From assembly GCA_040357565.1 (NCBI GenBank), contig JBDODJ010000002.1: DNA of 64,000 nucleotides. One strand, written 5' to 3'. Of the stretch, positions 36,592 through 49,057 are shown piece after piece. The first letter of the stretch is position 1. Every line of letters begins with the position of its first letter. The position numbers were made by a program, and so were the translations under genes. Source of the DNA: Cercozoa sp. M6MM (Eukaryota > Protista > Endomyxa: Ascetosporea). The notes under the pieces were generated by a model. It was not told where the DNA came from and did no database searches. It saw only the letters and a program-made list of their open reading frames with translations.

Positions 36592-37517
36592 TTTGCGCCG
36601 CGAGAGATGCGTCTGACCCGTCCCTACAAGGTTTTCACGCCACTAGAGTACAACACGCCGCTTGGGAGATATTGTATGTGTTGGGCCATACAGTGGCTAC
36701 AGAATAGTTACTTTTTACTTTTCGATAAAACATTGAACAACCGCATGATCAGGACAGTGCTGCAGGTGCGCGCGCCTACCGTGGCAGTGTAATTTACAAC
36801 TGTACTGCGGCTGGATTCTATGCCGCTTTACAGCTCACAATTTTTTTAATTCGTTCGTGAAAATTGACCCTCGGCTTGCGTTTTGCCGGCTGCCAGTGAT
36901 TGCTCGTACTGTCGCTTGTTCCCGAAATAACAAAGAACGAAGCCAACGCACGTGACATCATCCAGACTGCGGTGGCACCGAATCCCCCCACTGGCACTTG
37001 GGCTCTAACCAGAAAGATCTTGCAGAAACAAAGGCTCGAAGTTTGCCCTTCCGTTATTTAATTGCCCAGTCTCCAACGCCTGTTGCAGGCACACGCGCAG
37101 CTCTCCTGATCGCTAGCTGAACCTGAAATCTCAGGTTGGTATCGCGTGCTTTGCAGGCAACTACTAGAGCCGGAGCGCGATATCTTGGAGAATGACTGCT
37201 GGCCGCTTCTGACTGACTGACTGACGTGACTCGCTGACTGGGAAAAATCACCGTCAACCGTGCTGATCGATCCATCACCACAAAAAACAAAGAAGCGGTG
37301 TGACGCGTGCATTGAGTGTCAAATTTGTGTGCCACGCGTTCGCCGCTCAACCTGGGTACCGTGACACTCAACATTACCGCCGATCGGGTAAGTGCACGCA
37401 CTTTTTGGCCCGACGAGTGCTTTTTTTGTTTTGCTCTCTGGCTGCGTGTGTTTTGCACATTCCTTGCAGCACACTGACTCCGCTCTTGCATAGTTTGCTG
37501 CAAGTACAGAGTGAACC

Positions 37518-39659
37518 ATGTCGTCAGAGGCCTTCCTGCGTGACCTGGTGCAAGACGAGCGCCGCTTGCGCAAGCTTGTGTGTTGAACCATTTTGATGTC
37601 CCTGCGGCTTGTGCCACTTTGCGTGAACTAATGTTTGCAGGTGCGTCGCTATTGGATAAGCATGCGCGATGGCACACTCTGTGACGTTCTTCCCGACATG
37701 TTGCCTCCGGGTCTGCCTGATGTAAGTTAAGTGTGTTGTGTGCCCAGCGCTGCGGCAGACCATTGCTTTTGCAGATTCTTCCGTGTCCGTATGGCGACCG
37801 TGCCGCGGAGCGTCCGTTGACGCTCATTCGACTGGACCCAAACAGCAAGGAGGTAAACTCGCAGTGTTGCTTTCTGGTGGTTTTACGGTGTCTTGAGTAG
37901 CACGAAGAGCAGTTCTGCGATGTCTTTGCGGCTGGTTATCAGGTGACACGACTCTAACTTGTTTCACTTTTGTTTGTTCTATTCTTGACTTTGCACAGAC
38001 GAACCCGCTCGTGGAAGCGATGAACATTCGCGACGAGTCGCTTCATGTACCACTACTGCCCTAAAGTAGTCACTAACCCAGATATAAACGCAAAAACGCA
38101 GGTGCTAGCTCGAAACTGGCTGGCCACCTGGCGTCTTGCGAACGTCGGTGGCTACGCTGTTGTGGATGCCAAGACCGGTACAATCTTGCTTAAGATGGTG
38201 AGATTGAGCACCTACATGCTTGCTGTTTTAGGCGAGTTTCTGGCTGTCTCTGCCTGCGAAGACTGGTACCAATGTCTGTGTTTTATTGTAAGTGCTTTTT
38301 ATCTTTCTTTATGCATACATTGCAGGGCGCTTGCAAACGGAACTGGTCGTGCCCCGACGTCGGGTAGCCCACTTTGAAGTGATCGTGAATCTTCGATCTC
38401 GTGAGCTTATGTTCAGGCAACGCTGAGCGTTTCGCTGCTCTGCCGGTCGAGCAGCAAAATGCCATCACGATTTGGTATCTGTTTGTCGACTCGATTTGAT
38501 AACAAATTGCGCTCTTATGCTTTTTGGTGCATCTCACAGGCGTCGACACTCGGCTATGACCAAGAAAGACTTGTACGAGAAATTTGCTTTCCTGCATCCC
38601 GACAAGTGCGAGGTACGTTGTTGTTGCGGTTAGCCGTCCCTTTGACTCTACATTTGTTGCGTAATATGGCAGCCCGGCGAGATCTGCACGGCGTTCGTTG
38701 TCATGAAGCGGTGCATTCAAGGTGTCTATGTCTCCTTGTTTCATTTCTTTGTTGCACCGAGCAAAACATTGGGATTTGCTCTATTGTGAAGGACGTGCTA
38801 TCGGAGCGATTTTGTCCTTCTTGGTACTCAGAAAAATGTTGTAAGAACGAAGGCACCAGGACAGCAAACAACATTTTTTGTCACACACATACACACACAG
38901 ATGGGTGCTGAAAGCACGCACCGTGGCTACAAGGTCGGATTCGCTCGACCATCTAACCCGGCCAGTACCGCTTGCTGTTTGTGATTTGTTTTCGAAGTAG
39001 TGATACGTGCGTGCCAGGTGTTGCATTCTCTCCTAACACGTGCAACGAGCGCACTTTGGTATCACCGTGCTCTTTTTGCCTGTTGCTCCTTTTTGATTCT
39101 CTGACAAAACCGAACTGCAGGTGTGCCACAACGAGAAAATGGGCGACTACCTCGATCCAATCCTGCAGGTGGCGCCGTTTGCCGAGTTCCCCAAATTACG
39201 CGATCTGCGACCGAAAGCATTTGCCTTCCTGATGGCACCGAGCCACAAGGTACATCATTTGCTAGACTTTGTGCTCTATCGCTAAGCTGAGATATCGATA
39301 CAGTTCGCCGAGGAGTTCGCACGTGCGTTTGCTTCGCTGCCCGAGATGCCGGCGCATGTGCAACAGCGCGATGGTACTGCTTCTCTTGGTTTTGTGTAAC
39401 TGCGAATATTTTTGTGTTTGTTGCATAGGAGTCAAGGGTATCTTCCGCGTTGCGAACAAATCGGCTCTGTAGAGGCACCCATCACCCATACGCCGACTCG
39501 ACTTGTCATTCGGTTCCAAGTTCGATTTCGTTTTACTTCGCTTTGAGGCAAGTTATGTTGAGGCAAGTTATGCGGCGAACCAGAAGCGCGCGAGCGAGTG
39601 CTATGCTGGCGAATCGTGGGATACTTAAGTTGCACCATCATCGGCCCCAGCTAACGTAA
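37518..39659 (+). CDS. GNAT-family acetyltransferase (AANAT-like layout); 3' end uncertain
   Basis: Spliced EQFCDVFAAGYQTNPLVEAMNI...YAVVDAKTGEFLAVSACED, motif A-like FVVMKRCIQGRAIGAIL, then HRGYKVGFARPSNPA. Confidence 0.55.
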
Positions 39660-39829
39660 CGGGAACTGAACACAACTAAAGCATCAAACTTCGCTCGAAG
39701 GTAGCTTTAACATCGCATTCGATCGGATTTGGTGGACGAAAACGCTTCCTGAAGTCGCTACATGATAACCGTCCACGCGGAACTGACTGAGCTGGTCAAA
39801 CAAAACTGACCGAAACCGACGTGTCTGCA

Positions 39830-41010
39830 CGATGCAGCAAGTCTAGATCTGTGCAATCCAGCACCTGATCTCGGCCGAGTCTAGTCGTGGTTGGAACGAG
39901 AATTCTGTCGACTGTAAACTGCAAGTCTTAAGTCTGGGCTCGTGGCAACCTACGGCTCAAGGTAACTTTCACTCTTGGAAAATAAGAACCTGAAGCAAGG
40001 CCCTTGGCATTTCGAACCGAGATGCTACGGATTGGTGTAAGCCAGTGCTTGCGTTCGTTTTTAGTACAGTTTCTTTTCAAACCTACGCGAATCAAATGTG
40101 CTCTCGAGTTTATCGATACACGCATGAAACCAGAACACGAGACCCATCACAAGCAGCGTGATTTTTGAGTGGGCCAAAGGAGAAACCGACAAACAAAACC
40201 CGCACCTGCCTCATACGTTTGTAAGACATCCAGATTTGAGTGCGTACCGTCGCGAGATGTCTTCCAGTCGAACCCAAAAGGAGGTGCTGCGTCAGATGCA
40301 CAGTTCATCGGAACACGAACTAGCCCACGGCAGGTACAGTAACATATCTGAGAGCAGCTTCTGTGGGGCTGCTATCCAAACTAGCCGAGCTATACGCGTA
40401 CCTTTGCAGTTCGCATTACAGCGTCCAGTCAGAAGCCGATTTGAAACTTCACGCGGTATGAATTCAATCAAGGCACCACACGCTCTTAACTCCGCTCTGA
40501 ATCTATCCTATCTATAGTGCGTCAACGCACTCATTGAAGTTCTCCACAAGTTTGAAAAACAACACGGCCAGACCAACGACGCTGTTGCGAGCTCCCACAA
40601 CTTCTTTATCCGTGAGCCGGATCACGAGGAAGTGCAAGGTTTCCTCAATGAGCATCGCTGCGTGCACGTCTTAATCACTGCGCCTCCTGACCAGCGCGAA
40701 GAAATCTGGAATGCGCTCAAGGAAAGTCCGAGTCTTCGCACTGCTCTGCTTGGAGAGCGCCCGCCCGATCTTGACAATGAGGTGTTTGAATTCTACGTCG
40801 CTTTAAAGGTGCATCAGTTCAGTTCAGCTTATATATCCTAAGTTTTAGAGCGTATCTGGTTTTTTTGTCACCTTCTTGGTACCGATGCTGCCGCATCCAT
40901 AGCACGTGGAGGAGCGTTCACCGGAAGAGTGCTTGAAAGGCGAGATGAATTGCCACTCAGAAGATTGTGGCGACCACGACATCATGCACCGCTAGTGCCT
41001 CAACGACCGT
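39830..41010 (+). CDS. Hypothetical multi-exon protein (boundaries approximate)
   Basis: Coding-like exons (e.g. VNALIEVLHKFEKQHGQ...EEIWNALKESPSLRTALLGERPPDLDNE) separated by ~60-nt GT-AG introns; no family recognised. Confidence 0.35.
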
Positions 41011-41293
41011 TGAATCTCTCGGACGGTTCTGTAAGAGTCCGCGCGTCTCGCGATTCATTTTATTGGGTGTTGAAGGAAAGAGCGGCCGCTTAAATCGCGT
41101 TGTGATAATAATGCTGACATGACGTGGTGCACTCTGTCATAGTTTAATGAACAAAACAGTTGAACAACTGAACATCGGGGAATAACCAGCAACAACAGTG
41201 AGAAACAGCCGTGAGCTTTAATTGGCCGGTCAGTTTATCTGCAGGCGTTGCTGCCACTGTTGCTGCTGCATCTACATCCGCATCTGGATCTGT

Positions 41294-41643
<350 letters not shown>

Positions 41644-41849
41644 AGTCATGATCAGTTAGAGTCAAACAACAACTACATGTATAACTGGAAACTAGCTAGT
41701 TACTCACTTAGTCACTTCGTTTAAGTTAATTTAGTCACTCCGTTTCAATTAGTCACTCCGTTTATCGCTGATTCATGATAGAGTGCTTTACGTAGCCGAT
41801 TGGTACTTGGTCTTAACGATTCTTTACTGATCTTTATTGTTTTGTCGCA

Positions 41850-42631
41850 TGCAGTTCAACTTCTCTGCAAGGACTCTGTCCGAGCAAGTGTGGTGCAGCC
41901 AAGGTGCGCGTTGGAAAGCATATCAGTAACCCAATCTCTGCTGCAGTCGGGTTTCGAATGCCAGTTTGATGAGTTTGATGCTTGCGCGTGTCTACACGAA
42001 ATATCAGAAACCGTGGCAATTTATCTCCCCTTGGACTAATATAGTTAGTCGATTTCAGGTCATATCTAGACACGATGCTCTTCAAAGACTCGGCCGGCTT
42101 GAGATGTTGTCGAAAGTTCTGAAACTCTGCGGGACCATGATGTGCATGCTTTTCCTCGCGAAATCGACACTGACTACGACTGCCTGTGCTACAGGAACAG
42201 ACAGTTCGGTACCTCATAAAGCACCCTCTGACTTTTTAAATCAAATAAACTTGTAAGTTGACCCTTAAATGTCTTTGTCAAAAGTCAACACTAAGTTTCA
42301 GATTCAGTTTGTATCAAATAGAAATACTATCAGCATCGATGTATGTAGGGCAATCGAAGCCATCACAAACAATGTCAGAGATATGCGGGAGCATATCAAG
42401 CAGCAACAAGCTAAAGTCGATTCACCTTCCCTCAGTGGCTCCGATTGTGTGGCAGTCGCGGCCGAAGAAGAGGAACTGAGCAAGTCGGAGCCGCCGGAAC
42501 CCACTCCATCACAAACTCAAGTTGTTGGACAGGCAGTGACCTGGGAGCAACAACGACGACTGGTCGCTGCAGGTCTGACGCGCTCGCTTGTGACTGGTCC
42601 TTCTGCCGAGGACGGAGCCGCAAATACATAG
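41850..42631 (+). CDS. Hypothetical protein (5' end unresolved)
   Basis: Terminal exon AIEAITNNVRDMREHIKQQQAKVD...AANT* preceded by intron-like segments; no family recognised. Confidence 0.3.
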
Positions 42632-42793
42632 CTAAAATCACGGGTACTACTCCTGTGAAACCATCGCAAATATAACGCTCAGCTTCGCTTACGTTAGTGA
42701 TTGAGATTGACTTCTGAGCCACCAATTAATACTGCCCCGTAACCAAACTGAAAGTCCGAAGACACCGTCGGAACGCACGTGTCACAAGCGAGA

Positions 42794-44020
42794 ATGCGGC
42801 GACTTGAAGAGAATTGGCGCCGACCGCACGCAAACAGCGGGCGCATGCACCATGCGAGATTCTCGCTTGGTAAACTATATCTCCTCTCTGCTCTAATTCG
42901 CAGACTGTGCAGTGCCACTCGCAGGTGTGAGTGCCAGTGAGCATGCGGTACTGGCGCGAGGAGTATCCCGACGAGTGGCGTCGCATCTCTCGTCTGCTGC
43001 TCTCCTTCCAGCTGAGGTATCGATACTTCAGCACCCAGACTTCGGTCACTCTGCGTTTGTCTACCCTGTGTTCGTGCCAGACCTAGAGACGTGGCGGCGG
43101 ACGGAAATTGTTTATTTCGTGCCGTGTCGCATCAACTTCATGGACACGAGGGTATGTTGAAAACACACCTAGGCGAAGACTCTTATTAGTGGCGGTTCCA
43201 CGGTTCACACTCTCGTTTGCTTGAAGATGAGCATATCAACCTGCGAAAGCAAGTGTGTCGCTTCATTCGAAAACACAAGCACGTGTTCGAGCCGCTCGTA
43301 GACAACGGTGACGTGCGCAACTATGTGCGACTCATGCGCAAGAACGGCGAGTGGGGCGGTAGCGTTGAATTACAGTAAGTTGCGGCCTTTCGGAGTAACC
43401 TTTACCGTACCCACTGGAGTGCAAATTTACTTTGTCAGGGCGCTTTCGGCTTGCATGGATGTCAACATCGTCGTGTACAAGGTGCCTCGCCGTGCAAAGT
43501 CCCCTGTCGTCATTCGTATGCGACGACCTCGTGGGGTACAAGGCTTCCCTGCAGCAGGCGAGCAACAACTCACTTAATGAGCATTTTATATAGCACCGCA
43601 AGAGGCGAACAGTTCGACTTGCGTACATTGCAGATGAACACTACAGCAGCGGTACCAAGACCCACCGTTTTTCTCCACGGATCGGCGGTACTGCTGTGAC
43701 TTGAGCACTTTGACTGACAGTGACACGGCCTCGCAACGATCCACGAAAAGCGAAAACAACAATGTCGGAACCACATCGTACCTTTGACTCAGTTCCACCC
43801 ACCGCAAAGTAAACACAAAACACCACACTTAGTGCCATTTTGATTTTCAGCCGAAGAAGTGTTATCGGATCTCCCACATGTGGATTGGAACTCCAAACGA
43901 CGCCTGCGACCGAGTGTGCCGCGCGAAGGTAGCAATAAGGAGAATCTAAACGAACTGCGACGAAAGAAGGAGAAACGACCCGCCTGGTGGCAGGAATTGG
44001 CCTCTGCGATACGCAGTTGA
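42794..44020 (+). CDS. OTU-domain deubiquitinase (OTUD3-like)
   Basis: RDVAADGNCLFRAVSHQL (catalytic Cys), YVRLMRKNGEWGGSVELQALS, VRLAYIADEHYSSV (catalytic His). Only visible after splicing. Confidence 0.9.
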
Positions 44021-44049
44021 AGTTTCAGTTAGTTTAAGTTGTTTTAGTT

Positions 44050-44760
44050 TATTCATCTCGGCCAGTGGTACGAAATGTACCATTCTGGAAGATGCGGAAG
44101 TCGGCGGCGGTCACAAGTCAGGTGGCTAGTACCTGATCAAGTGAGATACGCGATACACTTACACGTGCCAGTGGCGCACATGTCACGCACTCGTGCCGCC
44201 AGGACTACAGAGGCACAGGAAATACCGAAGAAAAATGAAGCTAAGTTTACATGGGGTAACACAAGTGGCACAGTGGTTTAACAGCGACGACGACGGCGTA
44301 ACAATAACAATGCAAACGGCGTCGATATTGACATCACCATTGTGCAGGTACCAGCCGAGTAAGTTTAGGTTGTTTGATGTTGACAGTAACAATTTTGTCA
44401 CGGTATGGAAACCAGTAACTAAGGTATTGAAGACGACTAAATAAAGGAAGTAACACGTCAGTTAGAATGGCGTCGATGCGGATGAATAGGAGACATACCC
44501 TTGTAGAAAAGGTCGTCGAAAGCTCGAAGGCTTGTTGATGGCAATTAAAAGAACAGCCCAGGCACTGCAGTCAAAGTGCGTGAGCTGTAGAAAGCTTGAC
44601 CCAAGCTCGGAAGTCAGGTCTGCACAACACTTGACAATGCAAGGTAGAAGCCTCAGGATGTAATGCAGGAGATACCTAGCAAAACAAATCCTTCACTATT
44701 AAACCATACTGGTTCAGATTTGATCGTCCGCGCTGACGAGTAGTCAGATGACAACTTGAC
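44050..44760 (-). mobile_element. Degenerate dispersed repeat, possibly a MULE/SWIM transposase remnant
   Basis: Stop-interrupted frames include TCKCIAY...LPHLPEWYISYHW (like the SWIM CxC and LPxxYIxxxW of Mutator transposases, but CxH is missing). Parts are repeated at 29281-29310 and 61967-62072. Confidence 0.4.
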
Positions 44761-44863
44761 TGGTTGAGAAACGCTATGCCGTAACAATTTGGTGGAGAAG
44801 TCCTACCGTAACATGTATTTCTGCAGTCGAGTTTCTACTAGATTTCTAGTGCATTTATACCAG

Positions 44864-44922
44864 ATTCTAGAGCGGCTCTAGAAAGTTCGTGTTTCTCGAT
44901 GCAGTTCTAGAACATTCTAGAC
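44864..44922. promoter_or_regulatory. Heat-shock-element-like nGAAn/nTTCn cluster
   Basis: TTCtaGAAcaTTCtaGAc at 44905-44922, CTCtaGAAagTTC at 44876-44888, TTCtaGAG at 44865. Confidence 0.4.
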
Positions 44923-44928
44923 CCCGTC

Positions 44929-47900
44929 TCACGGGGCTTTAGTCCGGAAACTCGTAGCCGCTTGAAATACTACCGCTAAGGCCTCCTGGGTAATGACGTT
45001 GGAGGCTACTCTGTGCATCTCCCTAATAACATTAAAAATATTTCGGGCGCTTCTTTCACTTGTTGGATCTAGCAGTGCAGAACATACCTGTCGAACACAC
45101 TCCAGAAACTCAGTGCTACGAAAGAAACGAGGAAGCACGTCCGTCTAAAAGATAAAGTATTGATAATTTACACTTGAAACAACACATTCAAAAGCGGTGA
45201 CGTACCTGCAACAATTGCCTGACGGCGTGTGCGGCTTCAACAAAACTACAGGAGCACATACGCAGAAGATACAATGTAGGTCACCGTTTAAGTGTTTGTG
45301 TGCATGTGTCGAACGCACATATCAGGCGCCATATGACCACGATCAAAGGCATTAAGGATGGATTCTGCCACTCTAGCAGGCAAGTTGACCTACACGCCAC
45401 AAGCGATACTCTTGGGCTATCAGTCAGAGAGTTGTGAGACCTTGAGCCGTGCGGACGGCAGAATGAACTTTTGGACAATCTTTCGTGCAGCCTGTCTCCA
45501 ACAGTCATGAACAGTACATTTTAACAATAAACACTCTTTTGAGGTACCGACTGTCGGTATCGACTCAGTTGCTACACATACACATACATATACGTACTCA
45601 CTAATACACACTTCAGTGCATGCGGACAAGTGTACCGGCATTTGCGCGTGTGCGTCGCACTCTTTCAAAAACAAGAGATTCTCCGCGCATAAAGAACGTC
45701 GGACGAAGCGCTGTAGCGCTCTCAAGACACTCTGAATACATGTACGCAAATAGAGACAATGTGGAACCTAAAAATCGACAGGCACAAATTACCCTGTTAT
45801 GGTACAGCACATCGTCGAGCGATAACTGCTGTGCAACCAACTCGACCGAACCCCTGAAAACAACGACACACACACACACATACACACACGTACACGCACA
45901 GGTGTACACCAACACACCGAGCGTTCGAATGGAACGAGGCAGTCGCTGGTGCCAACACGCCGGCATTGCTCGTGTCGAGCGCTTGTACTGTCCTCACAAT
46001 CGGAGAGGTCGGTTGCATGCTCCTGTTTTGCATTTCAAGGTAACACACATGGGTACTGAATCAGCGAATACAATACAATTACCGAGGCGTATGCGCGGCC
46101 ACATCAAAGATAAGATCGTTGAAATCGCCATCGTCACTTTGCACACTGCCTTCGGTCCACTACTAAATCCGTGCGTGCGTATGCACTGCATCACACTGAC
46201 AAGGAGCCAAAACACGCAAACGTACGCATTCACTGTCGGATGCAGCGGTCGTGTTGGAGCGAATTCGACGCAACACGCGTGTGCGCATGTTAATCTTTGA
46301 CACCTGAGGGGCAAGTGACTCGTACTAATAGCAGGGAATGTACGAGGCACTGGTACCCTGTATAGAAGGACGTGACCTTTGTTGGTGGTCACGCACAAGG
46401 TGTCACTGCTGGGCATGTGCACTGCCTGTTCCATTCAATCCAACATCATCAAGTTTATAATAGGAGTAGAAACCAACAACGTAGGAGTAGAAAAAAAAAA
46501 TAAAGGAGGAGGAGAAAACAATAGGAGAAAACAATAGGGTAGAGAAAACAAGAGGGTAGGAGGAGAAAACAAGAGGGTAGGAGGAGAAAACAATAATAAT
46601 TTTACACGCGGCAGCACGCGTTGTTGCGTGAGACTGTCTTTCTCGCGTTTTTCGCGCCATGCGGCAACTATAGCAACATAAATTGACAGTCAGAGTGTAC
46701 ACCACGGCATCAAATACCTTTGGCAGCACTGCCGCTGTTTCCACTGAGCGAAAGTAGCGCCACGCATCGGTCTGCAAACACAAAGATGGGCAGTGTGCAA
46801 GCCAGCTGTAATGCAAATACCTCCCTGTAGCGCAAGCATGGAGGTGTCTGCGGCCATGTGTGCCGCGTGAATAGTTCGCAGCACACGTACCTCTCGCAGC
46901 AACTGCTGCGTCTGCGGTGAGAACACCAGCACACTCCCCAGCGCAGTTGCCACGACCACCTAAAGACGCCAGATTGAACGTGCACTCACATAACGTGCGT
47001 CTGCGATAAAAGCAAGTACGACAACATCGCCACTGTCACCACCAACGCCAACCGATCGCGCTTCCGTTGTCTGCAAAAGCCTCATTCAACGACCGTCCAG
47101 CGGAAGGCAGAATCAAGGGTACCCAAGCACCCACGACAGCACCGTGTTTCGACGGCACACGCAAGCGATGGAAACTAGACGTAAGCGAACAAACGTACGC
47201 GAGGATACAACCAACAAAGACAAAGCTGCGCACAAACGCACCTATCGCGTCGGTAGTCATGCACAAGCAGTGCCAGAAAATCGTGTTTGCGCGGATCCAC
47301 GTGCATCGCGTCTGTACGCAGCAGCACTGTCCCCAATGACTCGTTGACCTACAAACATAGGTTCACTAATACCGATGATGGACACCATCGAAACAGAAGT
47401 ACCTTGATTGACTCGAGTGATCCACCGCCCCAGGCAGCAAGCGACAATCTGTATCACAAGTAATATTACAGATTGGCCGTTCTTGAGAGTGAGCAACACC
47501 TCAACTGGACAGTCACTTCTCGCTGCCTTTCATTTAGTGTCATATACAACAAGTGCGTCCGACTTCCCACCACCAACTACAATCATACGCATGCCCGCAA
47601 ACGTACACACATCTACACACGCACATACACGCGCACTATGATAAAATTCTACGGCATCGCCAATCCAGGCGGCAGCAGTCGCATTCGCAAGTCGCTCATC
47701 GCGCGAAAGCATGCCCCTGAGTACATAAATTCTCCTATAAAGCCAGTCAGTGTCAACGACGTGAGAATCTATGGGCCAAGATACTTCTTTGTCAGAGTGT
47801 CGACAATCCACAAGCCTTGTCGTGACAGGCACACCTACTTGATTTTTGTGAATAGACAGAGTAGACACGAAAGGTATCCGCAATATGAGCAGGGGTACAA

Positions 47901-49020
47901 CAGTGGGGTTGGGTGACGTGTCGTCGTTCCAAAGGAGCGCGCGTGCAGCCCAGCAGGTGTCGCACCGCTCGGGTTTCCTGCAAACAGAACAGTGCGGTTG
48001 GGCATTGGAACCCCAGTCGAACACACCGAGACCGACTACTGCCAGCGCGCACGAGAATTCGACGGAGAGGCTTAGTGCTCTACACACAGGGTGCGCCAAA
48101 TTCGCATTGTGTACTTTTACAAACACGATGAGTGAAAGTGTGTACCTGCACGCGCTGATCGCGTGCTTCACACAGCGCAGCCAACTGTCGCACTTTACCG
48201 ATAGTCTCCGACTTGTCGACAGGAGCGTTCTTTTTCTCATCGGCTTGATCATTTGGGGGAGTGATTTCTTCACCCTGACACACCCAAACACACGCGCATC
48301 TACACAAATTACGTTTTGGTCAAGAAAAGCATACGAGTTCGGGCGGCGCCACACGAACAAACTCGCCCGAAATAGCGTGCCAGACCTGTAATGCGTAAGT
48401 TTAAAAGTTGTAAACTTAAATTACACACATCACACAGCAATCAAGATACGAGTAAGCCCGCAGAGCTCGTTAGTGCGGCCGCCAACTGGCACCCTGAGGG
48501 TGACCTAAATGCAACTTTTCGTCAGACAAACTGAGACATGCAGGAAAGAAGGGAAATAAGAAACGCACCAAGCAAGCAACACGTCGCTGAGATTTCGAGA
48601 CGACTCTGGATACTCTGTGCACACGCAAAAAGATCCCACAATCACAACCAACAGCAAGTGGTGCGGTTTACTCTTGTCACAATGCGTGCAGACACGCGGC
48701 TTCCGCCGGCGCCACTCACCGGGCGTGCCGGCATGCAAGGAGAACTAGATATACGTTGTGATAGAGCATCAGACTGCTACAAAGGTGAGAATAATACCGT
48801 TGTGCGGATCGTTCCTCGTGCATCCAAAACGTGAACCTATCAACACAGTACGTGCCTATTACGCCAGACACAGCTAGAGGGATAAATATTACGATGCGAC
48901 GGGCATCAACAACTGCGACGAAACGACCATCGCGTGACCACTCAGCCCGAACGTTTTGGTGCTATTGAAACGCACGGTCACACACACACACACACACACG
49001 CACACGCAAACATACACACA

Positions 49021-49057
<37 letters not shown>

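Noticed and set aside
38560-38720. LHPDKC...AF motif suggesting a J-domain
   Set aside because: J-domain helices I-II are absent, and the segment splices directly into a GNAT motif A (QGRAIG).
37518-39659. GNAT gene as a co-transferred partner of the tail-collar gene (bacterial collar genes often neighbour a GNAT)
   Set aside because: It lies 17 kb away with several unrelated genes between, and it is a long AANAT-like GNAT; nothing in the sequence links them.
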